A DNA stretch of 64,000 nucleotides, taken from contig CM119271.1 in the NCBI GenBank assembly GCA_051294375.1, positions 15,134,770 to 15,198,769 of the forward strand. The letters run 5' to 3'. This DNA is from Paraspadella gotoi. Taxonomy: Eukaryota; Animalia; Chaetognatha. Below are positions 37,901 through 49,791 of the stretch, one piece after another. The position numbers and the translations under genes were made by a program. Position 1 is the stretch's first letter. Every line of letters starts with the position of its first letter. The notes beneath the pieces are model-generated. The model ran no database searches. It was not told where the DNA came from and worked only from the letters and a program-made list of their open reading frames with translations.

Positions 37901-38098
37901 CGTGAGAGAAAAAAAGGGCCCAAAAAATAAGTAAATTAATGAGACCTAATTGTTTAATATTTAGACATAAACGAGTGCCTTCAAACTCCTTGCGCTTCGG
38001 GCTTTTTCTGCCGCAACACTCCTGGGTCCTACTCTTGCGATTGTCCGCTTGGGTCGAAACTCTCAGCAGGGAAATGCCTTCCCATCAAAACTGAATGA
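28914..38098 (+). CDS. Secreted ZP-domain protein with C-terminal Sushi/CCP and cbEGF domains. Exons 28914-28944, 29205-29344, 29616-29795, 30218-30333, 31339-31489, 31807-31940, 36820-36913, 37194-37343, 37540-37768, 37965-38098
   Basis: Signal peptide MESRSHFFVFVLLFCCCCHLSRA; ZP-N-like VRCFADSSKVMWFSV; ZP-C-like LKFYKVD...YQMNLGDETEV, ICKEAAC...VELIS...NC, AVFTFPVFRY...IFFVFKISIC...CRKTC; furin site RRRRS; Sushi C..GSVCRYACRPGF...C...W...PKC; cbEGF DINECLQTPCASGFFCRNTPGSYSCDCPLG...C. Splice phases are consistent from exon 4 to exon 10; exons 2-4 need indel correction using copy 1. Confidence 0.8.
30350..30582 (-). mobile_element. tRNA-like SINE family 2 (duplicate at 15710-15972)
   Basis: Reverse complement matches 5625-5850 and 20088-20990. 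Confidence 0.6.
31495..31663 (+). mobile_element. SINE family 3 with tRNA-Gly-like head (duplicate at 16886-17082)
   Basis: cattggt...attcgcttcccaac...ggtccg..tctagccc; homologous to the reverse complement of 38583-38752. Confidence 0.65.
32953..34455 (-). mobile_element. DINE-1/HINE-like element in ZP gene intron 6
   Basis: aaacaagtttgagcaaacaaatgtcggatctgc ... several ~150 bp core units ... gtcgggatctgctgataagcagatctgactaaaaa. Confidence 0.78.
35090..35880. repeat. Pyrimidine-rich low-complexity tandem array (ttcctttctattctt-type units)
   Basis: Degenerate ~17 bp units made almost only of C and T. Confidence 0.85.
36210..36249 (-). pseudogene. 3' half of tRNA-Lys(CTT) including CCA (PBS-like or retrocopy)
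   Basis: tggcgcccaatgtggggctcgaacccacgaccc is the complement of the mature tRNA-Lys(CTT) 3' end with one mismatch. Confidence 0.7.
36990..37193 (-). mobile_element. tRNA-like SINE family 1 in ZP intron 7
   Basis: Reverse complement aligns to 5851-6062 (ggtggctca..gagt..ccatcagctcatga; ggaaaaccctc; caagcccaggaccc). Confidence 0.65.
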
Positions 38099-38582
38099 AA
38101 TCTTTTAATACAATTTCATTCATTCATTCATTATGGATGATTACGATAATTTTAAGACACGGAAACGTTGAGGATTCAGATTATGAATTTTGTGTAGTAA
38201 CTTGTTCAATTTCATGTACCTTATTTTTAATTGCTTTGAGACCGTAATGTTTAACGTTTCTTACTAATATTTATAGTTTTTTTTTGTTCGGCTGAGAACA
38301 TTATTATTTTGAATTTCGGTTTAGTTATTTGTTCATTTTCTTTGTTCTATCTTTGGTCGATATTTTGAATTCATTTACTTGTAGTACTTTGCTTTTTTTC
38401 AAAGTATTTTAAAAATGATGACTATTAATGTCGCTATTGAATACAAATTTTATATTGTGTCATGGTTAGTACATTTGGATTGCTTCATTGTTTTTTTTTT
38501 TTTTTAAATAAACCATTGAAGAGACAGTAATTATTGTAATGTGTTAGTGACAGAACCGTTCAATATAAGCAGTCCCTGAGCT

Positions 38583-38752
38583 TCGGATCAGGCTGTAACA
38601 TCGTGTTACAGGCGGGTTAAGCGCCCCGTCCTTCTTAACTGCGAGGCGGCCACCGGGCTAGAACCCCGGACCTTTGTGTTGGGAGGCGAATGACTTGCCT
38701 CCGGCACCAATGGCCGCTGATGAACTGTTGGTGGATTTTAGTCCACCATACC
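38583..38752 (-). mobile_element. SINE family 3
   Basis: Reverse complement reads gccattggtgccggaggcaagtcattcgcctcccaacacaaaggtccggggttctagccc...taacccgcctgtaac. Confidence 0.65.
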
Positions 38753-40405
38753 ATCGTGACTTTTATGTGATGGCGAATAGTAAATTAGTTTTGATATTAC
38801 GAGAACATTTTCTCTATTGGCCCAGAGCTTGTCTATAGTCAGTCCTTTATGTATTTGAACACATACTTTAAACAAATATTCTCTTTATTTTTCCTAGAAA
38901 TTGTTCGAGTTTATTTTTGAAAGGTAAATGAGGGTTTGAGTAAAGGACAAAGTCTTTCACGAATGCCCATTGTCCATTTTCGTTTATCCTGTCCGTCCGT
39001 ACGTGTGTTCTAACGCGGGTCCGGTCCCTTTGCCTACACGTATAGACGTATTATGTCATTTGATTTTCTCATTTTACTTCCTGAATTTAATGACTATTTA
39101 GTATTTACTAAATTAATCTACGAATTTGATAAATTAAAACCAGAACGACGATGACATTGAAAACACAGTGATAACATAAAGCGAACGATTTGAATAAACA
39201 TTTTTCAACGATGAACATTGTACATTGTATATGTTGTGTAACCCGCAATAGTTATTCCAAAAGTTAAGCCTTGCTTTTAAAAGGGGGAAAGGCTATTCCG
39301 CATTTTTAAATTGGATCCCTTGAATAAATAAATATATAAATGTTTTTCGCACATTGGAACATTGAATGTGATATATTTTGACAAGAAGTAAATACACTAA
39401 GTACAAGAGAAAGGCGTAATTGTTCAATAAACGCATAGACTAACACACTGTTCAACGAAAAAACACTTAATATGCTCTGTATGAAATCTATGGTTTGTGT
39501 GTGTAAAAGACACAGTGCTTTTTGGCAATTTATCAAATTTTACGCGCCCAACGCTCTCCTCAAACTGTGAAATTAAGCAATACTAAAGGTAAAGATATTG
39601 ATTTGAACTTTTCTTCTTTAAAGCTTAAAATTTAATAGTAATAAATTAATAATGTAATTTTTGTTCATGTGCGAGAGAAAGATAGCTATGCATATTGTAT
39701 AATCGAGAAATATATTTTCAATAAAAGCCGTGTCTCCAAGCTATTTAAGATTTATATATAGATTCTCAGTTCAATGCTTTAAAATTTATTAGTCAAAAAG
39801 GTTATTTAGTCATTCTTTACACTTGCCAAATCCAGCAAGCTCATTTTCATATACGAGAAACTGTTTTTTCTTCGCAAGTTAATTTTCATTTTTTCACTCA
39901 ATTCTACGCCAAGATTATTTCAAAGGCCTTGCCAAACCGTATAGAATACAATTCATGTCATGTGTACAATTTTAATGCTGTCGCCCATTCCGCCGAGCGC
40001 GATTAATCGTCCTCCGAGCGTTGTGTCCAACGCTTGCACCGCGCCCGATGATTTGACGTGACAGACCAACTGCGTGGGTGGGGAAGAAAAAGGAAACGGG
40101 GTGGCGGGGGGAGTGAGTTATTTCATTGTCTGAATAGATTTGATTTGATATATTGGCTGAAAGTTTTTCGGTGATAAACCAATCAAAAAACCAAGCTTTT
40201 TTGAATTTAACCCATTCCATCTTTCTCTTTAATTTGTTCAGTTGGTTAATAGATTCTTTACTCTTCTTTACCTTTTAAAATCTTAAGTCTTGATATATAC
40301 AATATTGACAATATTGTAGAGCGATTTTTCTCAAGCGTCTTTTTCAAAGTTTTTCACTTTTAACGATTTTTAGAAGTTTTTTCGTTCACATCCCCGCCTA
40401 TCTTT

Positions 40406-40409
<4 letters not shown>

Positions 40410-40489
<80 letters not shown>
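40410..40489. repeat. (CT)n microsatellite
   Basis: About 40 perfect CT units. Confidence 0.95.
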
Positions 40490-40492
<3 letters not shown>

Positions 40493-41129
40493 TTTTACAT
40501 CTTCTCTTGACTTCATCCTTTTTTTATCGTTCTCCTTTTTATTTTCTCTTCTTCAGACGCGGACCTTTTGAAAGAACGCCGCGGGTTGCCGAATTCCCTA
40601 GGGACTCCTTTCCTCTTCTCTCCCTTTCCATGCCCTCACCCTCTCCATGCCCTGTGCCCCTTCATGCCCTCACATCCTCCAGGTCTTCACCACACCAATG
40701 TGGTTACCATTAACTTTCCTTCCCTTTTTACCGCTCTTCAAATGGAATACTTTTTCTTTTTTTTTTCTTTTTTCTTTTTTTTCTTTTTTTCTTGCCACTT
40801 ATTTATTTTCTATGAAATTGGTACATCTTCTTATATCTCTTTTTTTTTTTTCGGCTTTTTTTCCCTTTTTTCTTATCTTTTTTCTTTTCTTTTGTTCGTT
40901 TTTACTTTTTTTTCCTTCCCTTTCATCAACTCTTTTCTTTTTCTTTCTTCTTTCCTTTCTATTTCTTTATTTTCTATTTCTTTACTTTCTATTCCTTTCT
41001 ATTTCTTTACTTTCTATTCCTTTCCTTTCTATTCTTTCCTTTCTATTCATCTCCTTTCCTCCGCGTCTTTTTAATCTTCTCTCAAAGAGGAAGAGGAGGA
41101 ATGACGAATGAGGAAAGAAAAAAATAAAA

Positions 41130-41305
41130 TTCCCTCGCGCGCAATGACGTCAACAATTCCCTTCTCTCCACCAATAAGCTCACAGCTTCTTCCTCACTCA
41201 ACCAATGGGAGTCAATCGATGCATCAACCCTGTCGTCCAATCAGCGAGCGGCGAGAGGAAAACAATCGCCCGACGACCAATGGAGATTCGAATCTGCCAA
41301 TCTCT
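41130..41305 (+). promoter_or_regulatory. Candidate promoter with tandem CCAAT boxes and a CRE
   Basis: TGACGTCA at 41145; CCAAT at 41171, 41202, 41237, 41277 and 41297; TTCGAA near 41287; CpG-rich patch in AT-rich surroundings. Confidence 0.55.
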
Positions 41306-42099
41306 CATCTGTGTTCGCGTTACATAGCTCTCTTCCTCTCTCCTCTCTCTCTCTCTCTTCTCTCATCTCTCTCTCTTCTCTCATCAGATTTACGCGACTT
41401 TGTGTGTGTATGCGTGTGTGACTTTGTTGCCGAGTCATCCACTCTCTCTTCTTTAAAAAATATACACGAATGCGGAAGAAATCGGACGAAATACATAAAA
41501 AAATACGGAGGAATTTAATTTAAAACTCGTAAACCTTATCCGCGTTATATGAAAATTTTTTTAGAAAAGTAAAACAGATCAAAAAAGAACAAAAGAACAA
41601 CAAAGGGAATAAAACCTGCGCGCCATCGCGAGGAGGCGAGTGGGCGCCTCGGTTCTAGGCCAGCGGCCTCTCTCGGGGTGATTAAAGTAAGAGGGCGGGT
41701 GATTGGTGGGTGATTTATAAAATGGTTTTGGGGAATGATTGATTGGCGGGTGATTTATAAAAGGGTTTTGGGGTTGATGGCCGAAGTTGGACTGGTGGTT
41801 GGCAATGGACAATTGGTTATTGATTAATATTATAATTGACATTGATGAAAGTTAAATGATAATTAAATCGGAGCTATGAATTGAAATGTTAATAGTTGAG
41901 GTTCGGGATGAGAATGAAGGCTTCACGCTTCCGTTAGGGTAGGTTAGGTAAGAAGAGTAAGTATCATAGGGGATTGATCCCGTCTTATAGATCAGCTGAA
42001 TGAGACACGGGGGTGCGGGGTGAGCTGAGCCTTGGCAGTGGGCTGTGCGTGTACATGGGTTAATAATCTGTGACACTGAGACATCTATCTTTCTCTCTC

Positions 42100-42490
42100 A
42101 CTTATTTTTCTCCCAACTTGATTGCCCAAAAAGAAATTGTATTTTTTCGGATGATAGAATCAGATGTTGTCGATCGTTGTCCGTCCGTCCGTCCGTCCGT
42201 CCGTCCGTCCGTCCGTCCGTAGATTTCCTTTCATGTTCGATCAATTTTCCCCGAAAAAATCAGTGATCGAATAAAAAAACCTCAGAAACGGGTTATTTTT
42301 TGTGCTTAAATGATTTATCGGTTATAAACGTCCGATGGTTGAATTATCGGGTTAAAAACTCGGACGGGGAGAAAAACGTTGAGGGGAGGGCGAAGGGGGG
42401 CCGAGGAGCAAAAGGTTACGCTTCGTCTATTTCTGGGTTTCGTACTAACTATTTGATCGCATATTTTTTTTTATTCGGTGGCTCCGGTGT
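42100..42490 (+). mobile_element. Second HINE-like family with (GTCC)n
   Basis: T-rich start, then ~10 GTCC units at 42179-42220; boundaries approximate. Confidence 0.45.
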
Positions 42491-42945
42491 ATTAATTTTA
42501 TTCGATCATTAATTCGTAAATTAAATTCAACGCAGATGAGTCGACTGAGTTATTCTACTGAGTTTGTATTGAGTTTTTATATTAAGTTATCTTTCATTGT
42601 TACGCTTTAGCGAGTAGAAATATATTCAATGTAAAGTTATTTATATCAGATTGAGATTTCTGGAGAATAAAAAAAACCGTATAATTTAGTTTATATCGTG
42701 AGAATTTCGTTTCAACGAAATTTATTTTGTCTTCTATCCATTTTTTTACGTAACTTTTTATTCTTTTTTTTTCTCTCGAATGAGTCAACAATTGATTGAT
42801 GGTCATTGGTTCGATTGGTTATCGCTTTTCGCTAGACTTTCTTTTTTTTTCCTTTTTACAAAAAAACCCTCTCAAATCAAACCCGGGAAACATTTAAAGC
42901 ATAGTTTATCACTTTTTCAAGATAAATATATATTTTTTTAGAATT

Positions 42946-42993
42946 AAGTCCTGATGAAGACTCGCAAAAATAATTGTCGAAACATGTCCGTTT
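42946..42993 (+). ncRNA. Degenerate hammerhead motif of the same Penelope-like family
   Basis: CTGATGA-a-GAC...GTC-GAAA-catGTC-cgtt; the 5' strand of stem I does not pair. Confidence 0.4.
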
Positions 42994-44138
42994 TTTATAA
43001 CAAATTAAACTTTGTTTTCTCTAAATTAAAAACGCAACTCAACGAAAAGAAAGTCAAAACACAAAGAAGAAAGTCCGAAAAAAACCTTTTATTTGATGAC
43101 TGTTTATATAAATTTTGATATATATATCTCAGATGTATAATCCATTAACGATCATCGTCATGAACCGCATGATCGATCGATAGCCCCACACCCCCAGTCC
43201 CCCCCTTTTACCGCCTCGGAACGAGAGAGTTGAGTCATGAATGAAACCGAAACTAAGTTTGTCTCGAGGCGAACCCATCTTGGACTTATTTTCCCAGAAT
43301 GCCCCATTTTATCTCAAATTCGGATTTAAATTAATATTTTAAATTGAAGATTAGGTTTTAGGTTAGGGTTTAGGATTAAGTTAATGATGATTAAGTTAAT
43401 GATTCGAGTTGATGATGGTTAATAATTGAAGTTTAAAAATTTGCAAATATGTTTAGATTAAATATTAAGATTATAATTAAATTATAATATAAACGAATAG
43501 AAATGGGGCTCTTTTTGAAAAGAGAGCCCAAATGTTTTTCCTTTTTTTTCTCTTTCTCGGTTTACTTTCGTAGGGAATAAGTCTTTTGTTTATCAATTTG
43601 TTTGATCGTTGATTAAACAAAGAATCATTTCTAGGATTTTTTTTTTCTCGGGTGCAGTTTGAGTCGAAAGATGTTGCGCGCGGGATCTCTTTATTCTTTT
43701 TATCCCACAGAGTTCTTAATCATATTAGTATCGTATAATATACCTTATTAATAATTAATAACCGAATAGGATTGACTTCTCTTTAACTGGCTTTAATATT
43801 CAAGGAAATGATCCTTTTATACAATTGAAACGTTATTTACTAAATAGGGAAGCTATTAATAAACAAAACGGAGAGAATCTAACTTGTAAGCTTATCGAGA
43901 GATGTAGGCCTTAACCAAAGTCAGGGGCAAAAGTATTTGTATCAGGGCATCAGCATTGTTTCATCTCTTCAATAGTTTTAAAATCAACCATCTGACCAAA
44001 AATATCTCTCTTTCAATCTTTTTTCTTATTTTTCCCCAAAATGCAATTTACAAAAAAGCTCATTGACTCATCAACCTCATGACGTTGATTCATATCTCGA
44101 TTTCGCTTGGGCGAGATAGAAAATTCCCCCGGATACTC

Positions 44139-44183
<45 letters not shown>

Positions 44184-44277
44184 CCCCATCTCGACAATCG
44201 GCTCTTGTCTTTTGTCTTCGCTTAATGGACTTTCGCAACAAGGACGCAGAAGGACGAAACTCAATGAGGACGAATAG

Positions 44278-44620
44278 AAATGAGAATGAAGAGAAAATGA
44301 GGAGAATGAAGAGAAAATGAGGAGAATGAAAAGAAAATGAGGAGAATGCAAAGAAAATGAGGAGAATGAAGAGAAAATGAGAAGAATGAAGAGAAAAAGA
44401 GGAAAATGAAGAGAAAATGAGAAGAATGAAGAGAAAATGAGGAGAAGAGAAAATGAAAAGAATGAAGAGAAAATGAGGAGAATGAAGAGAAAATGAGGAG
44501 AATGAAAATGAAAAGAATGAAGGGAAAATGAGGAGAATGATGAAAAAATGAGGAGAAGGAAGAGAAAATGAGGAGAATGAAGAGAAAATGAGGAGAATGA
44601 AGAGAAAATGAGGATAATGA
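44278..44620. repeat. 20 bp purine-rich minisatellite
   Basis: (gaagagaaaatgaggagaat)n, about 17 units. Confidence 0.9.
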
Positions 44621-46283
44621 ATAATATTAAGAGCGAAGAAAATTAAGAAAAGGTTGTATATTATATATTTGGGCGTTTAAAAATAACAAAATATAACAAA
44701 TCGAATAAGGTACATAGCTATTCTAGTGTAAACAAGTCTGTAGAATTTGATGGTGATGACCATTTTTTTGTATTATTTTATCTTTCTTGTCGAAAATGAC
44801 AATTTTCAATGTATATATATATATATATATATTGTCATAAAAAAGAAAAACAATTATAAGTTATGATAAATCAAATTATTAAAATTTTATAAAATTTACA
44901 TGAGCTTTTGAAATATAAAAATAAAGACTTATAAAAATATTATGGTAATTTTATTTCTAAATTTTATATTTTATAAAAAGTTAGTTAACTATATTTATTA
45001 ATAATTATGAGTAAAAATTAGGTTAAAGTTAAAAAATAATAATTTCAAAACTTTATTCATGAATTTAATTTATTAAATCTAAACAATGATTCTTATTAAA
45101 ACATATATTGAATAAGATTTAAAAAAATGAAGATTGAAAAAAATGATAATTAGATGACAAAACTCTTTGTCTCTAAGTTGATGCGGAAGAAAAGGCAACC
45201 AACGATAACGACGACGACGACGACGACGACGACGACAATGACCGGAAGGAAGTCTCTACTCGTTTCGCTTTCGTAATCCGACGCGTTTGCTCTCTCTCTC
45301 TCTCTCTCTCTNNNNNNNNNNNNNNNNNNNNNNNNNNNNNNNNNNNNNNNNNNNNNNNNNNNNNNNNNNNNNNNNNNNNNNNNNNNNNNNNNNNNNNNNN
45401 NNNNNNNNNNNNNNNNNNNNNNNNNNNNNNNNNNNNNNNNNNNNNNNNNNNNNNNNNNNNNNNNNNNNNNNNNNNNNNNNNNNNNNNNNNNNNNNNNNNN
45501 NNNNNNNNNNNNNNNNNNNNNNNNNNNNNNNNNNNNNNNNNNNNNNNNNNNNNNNNNNNNNNNNNNNNNNNNNNNNNNNNNNNNNNNNNNNNNNNNNNNN
45601 NNNNNNNNNNNNNNNNNNNNNNNNNNNNNNNNNNNNNNNNNNNNNNNNNNNNNNNNNNTCTCTCTCTCTCTCTCTCTCTCTCGCTTTCTCATTTCCCGCT
45701 TCCCTTCTTCTGATTTAACTTCGATAAAAGTCAAGATTTGCCTCTTTTTCTCTTTTTCTCTTTTCCTTGTTTTACCCTTTTTTTCTCTGTTTCCTTTTCT
45801 TTTTCCGTTTATTCATCCTTTCTTTCTTTTACCTCTGATCCTTTATTTTGTCGAGAGCGAATCGAATTTGTTTATTTATTAGCGTTTTGGATTCCTTCAT
45901 TAATTCAATATTTTATTAATTCATTCATTCATTATTTTATTCAATCATTCATTCATACATTCTTTGATTATTTCATTCATTCATTTATCCATTTATTCAT
46001 TTAATTCACTTATTCATTCGTTCATTTATTCATTCATTTATACCACATTTCTTAGAAATCCGATCATCATCGTCACATCCCCGGATTTTTAACTCACTTT
46101 TCAAAATCCTCTCTCACCCACCCAACATTCTCTTNNNNNNNNNNNNNNNNNNNNNNNNNNNNNNNNNNNNNNNNNNNNNNNNNNNNNNNNNNNNNNNNNN
46201 NNNNNNNNNNNNNNNNNNNNNNNNNNNNNNNNNNNNNNNNNNNNNNNNNNNNNNNCCTCCTCCGCCTCCGATAACCACCCTAG

Positions 46284-46438
46284 ATTCGACGTCCACCCTC
46301 GCCACCACCATCGCCACCAACCGTCCACCACCCAAACCCCTTCGTCAGTCTCGGAGGACAATCTCGTTTACGCGTCGCAGTTCAACCCGAAGTCGGAGAG
46401 ACTCAATCAATATCTGAGTCAGTTCAACCACAGGAGAG
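46284..46438 (+). other. Candidate upstream exon of the SHIP-like gene
   Basis: ccctag|...gag|gtgaga. The frame IRRPPSPPPSPP...VQPQE joins in phase to the acceptor tttccag at 49751 and reads into ATG 49792. Confidence 0.35.
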
Positions 46439-46933
46439 GTGAGAGGAAAGTTTAATATGGGAATTGTTTTTGTCTGTCTGTCTGTCTGGGGAGGGCAGTC
46501 TCTGTCTGTCTGTATGTTTGTCTCTGTTCCAGGGCGGAGAGACTCAATCACGAGAGATGTGAGAGAAAACTTTATTTGGGGCGGAATCGTTGTGATTGTG
46601 TGGTCTTTCTTTCTCGGTGGAGGATTGTCTGTCTGTCTGTCTGGGTGGATGGCAATCACTGTCTGTCTTTCTCGGCGGAGGTTTGTCAATACCTTTCCGT
46701 CTTTTTGATTGTTTTGCCGCTTTGCCTGGGTTGCGGACTGTCCCCCGATTCTCTGTGTTTGCATCTGTGTGGACGTCAGTCCTCATACGCGCTCCCTCTC
46801 TGTCTCTTCGTCTGTCAGTGCGATTGTTTTGTCTGTATGTCTGGATGGAGTACAGTCTCTCATTGTCTGTGTGGGTGAAAAACTCTGTCTGTCTCTCTGT
46901 CTGAATGACAATTTATTTGGCTTTCCTCACTTT

Positions 46934-46977
<44 letters not shown>

Positions 46978-47534
46978 TCTCTCTCTCTTCTCTCTCTCCT
47001 CTCAACAACTTTTCTTCGATGGGTTTTTTCCCTTTTCACATCCAACTTCTCAAAAATCGAGACTCGAGTCTCAAGATTCTCCACTCGGTTTTTTTCTTTA
47101 AACTTTTTTTTTTTCGAGCATAATCATATTCTGTACAAATGATGGTTTTTCTCATCTTCACTTCGGCATCATCGTCCTCATCATCATATCATCATCATCG
47201 TCCTCATCATCATATTTATCATCAGCATCTTTATCATCACCGATCACTCAACGGTCCTCCAGACTTCCAAAGTGTCATAAGTAGAAAAGTCATAAACGTC
47301 TTTTGTCAAGTGTCATCTTCTTTTGTCATCGTCTTATGTCATTGCGACACTCGACAAATGACGCTCTCCAGATTTATTTTTTAAACTCGCGAAAGAAGAT
47401 GAGAGAAAAGAAATGATATTTCAATGGAATTTTATGACTGCGTCGTTCGGGTTTTGTAAATGTTTTCTAAATAAATGGTCCAAAGTCAGGGGCAAGATAT
47501 GGATAATTTTACGTTGGTTGTATCAATTTCTTAA

Positions 47535-47801
47535 AATTCAGTGTGGAGTACAATCCTTTTATACAATTAAAATATTCTTTGAAATATTATATCACTTCAT
47601 TGATAGGGAAGCCAGGTACTCTGGGAGAGAATAAACGAGACTGTGAGAGAGTCTTGATTGAAAGCTTGTAGGGACCTGCTATGTCATTATCTTGTGAGAG
47701 TGATGGAGGCCTTAAACCACCAAAACCTGTCCAAAGTCACGGGCAAGATAGCTTATTTGTTAAATGAATTGATAATTTTATATTGGTTGTACGAATTTCA
47801 T
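47535..47801 (-). mobile_element. Repeat family A
   Basis: Reverse complement of the family A consensus. Confidence 0.75.
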
Positions 47802-48262
47802 AACCTAATGTTAGTTTAAAGCTAATAAGTAAAAGTTTTAAAAATCAGAAAAAGTAAAATCTTAAAAAAACCTTGAACAGTGAGAAAAAACAACTTCGTA
47901 ATTTTTGTTAAAGGAAATGAATGAAAAAAAACTTAACTGACGAAAAAAAAAAGATTTTCGTNNNNNNNNNNNNNNNNNNNNNNNNNNNNNNNNNNNNNNN
48001 NNNNNNNNNNNNNNNNNNNCGAGAGCACGATCCCGCCAGCGACGCAGAGCCACGCAGAGCGTCCCACCGCACCGAGAGAACGACGAAGAGAGCACGAGAA
48101 GAGGAGGAGAGAGAGAGATGAGAGAGAGATGAGAGAGAAGAGAGAAGAGAGACGGAGAGATTATTAATTAAAAGGTAAAACTGTTTACAAACGGACACGA
48201 ATGTGATACAGAGAATGATGATGACGACCCGGACACGACACGACGACAGACGACGCACGCCA

Positions 48263-48299
<37 letters not shown>

Positions 48300-49791
48300 C
48301 TGTCGACTTTTTCCCCAGACTAATTCTTCCTCTTTAATTTTAACCAATATTTTTCATAGACTTTCGATTAAATAAAATAAAAAAAGGGTAAAAATTTTCG
48401 TCTCTAACTAATTTCATTAAATTTTATTTTCTTTCTTTTTCCTTAGGCCAATTTAATCATTTTCTCTACGTAACGAAATAAATTCCGGCGCTATTTTCCA
48501 AAAGCGCCACATTTCTGTTCCTTAATTTTAATCGTAGATTTATCTTAATCTCTTTCCAAAACTATAACTTAATCCTTTACTCAAATCACTAACCCTAATC
48601 TCTAACTTAATCTTTAAATCTAAAAAAAATAATTTAATTTCGGAATTAAAGCTGTAACGGCACGCTTTCGGCAAATATTCCCAAATATTCTCTTTATTGC
48701 CACTCGAACGTTATTTGTCCAATTTTATTTCGTTTAAATCGCCGATCGATGCCATTCGTCATAATTCGATGCCATTCGTCATAATTCGATGCCATTAGTT
48801 ATTCGCGCCATTTTTCCTAATGGCAAAACTTGGTCATCGATGGCACAATTGACGATTTTATCGCCTTCCGTTTTCAATTTGTGGCATTTCCGCAACTCGG
48901 CCCTTCTTTGCCATTTATTGTGATTATTGGCAACTGGCATAATTGATTATTTCGGGCTGCGTTTCAAATTCGTCTTTTTTATGTCCATTTCGTTTTTGAA
49001 TATTTTTTTTTATCGAAAGACACGAATTATTTTATATTTTATTAGATTTATATCTTTTGACTAAACATTTTTATTTCTAAACAAATTCCCACCNNNNNNN
49101 NNNCCGAATCGTCGTAAAATTTCCCCGACAACAACAACAACGACAATTTTTTCCTCGTTATAACCGAGTTTTTGTTTTCGTTGGAGAGAGAATCTCGTTC
49201 CTTCCGATAAAACTCCCGACGCTTCGATGACTCATCGGGGTTACGGGTTTTACGAGCGGCTTATACGCCGCCGCCGCCGCCGCCGCCGCCGCCGTCGCCA
49301 ACCACTTTCACCTTCTCCTCCTCCTCCTCCTCCTCCTCCTCCTCCTCCTCCTCGTTTCGCTCCAATTTTCCCGACTCTAGATTCTCCGTCTTTTTTCTGC
49401 CAACTTCATCCTTTGTTTTTCACGCTTCGTTCGCTCCCCTTGGCATTCTTGCGCATTCTGGCTTTAATGTTCTAGCAGATTTCGTCCCAAGTCTTGTCAT
49501 TCTACTCTATATTTACTCTCGTTTATGTTCTAACTAATTCTATCTGAATTCTACATTTTGCATTCTCTCGCAAATCCATAATTTCATTTTCAATCTTGGT
49601 ACATCTCTCTCTCTGCCTCTCTCTCTCTTCTTCTCTTCTTCTCTCTCTCTCTCCTCTCTCTTCTCTTCTCTCTCTCTCTCTCAATCATTCTCCCCTCTCT
49701 CCAATCGCTTTACCCTCCCCCCCATCCCCTTCCTCCCCCTTACCTTTCCAGTCCCGCCATAATTCATGGCAACATAAAACAAAGCTGCACG

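Noticed and set aside
39975-40120. GC-rich island as an exon or ncRNA
   Set aside because: No convincing splice sites, ORF homology or RNA motif.
40405-41111. Hydrophobic ORFs
   Set aside because: (CT)n and T-rich low-complexity sequence.
45150-48258. ORFs spanning X runs
   Set aside because: Artefacts of N-gaps (45312-45658, 46135-46255, 47962-48019) and microsatellites.
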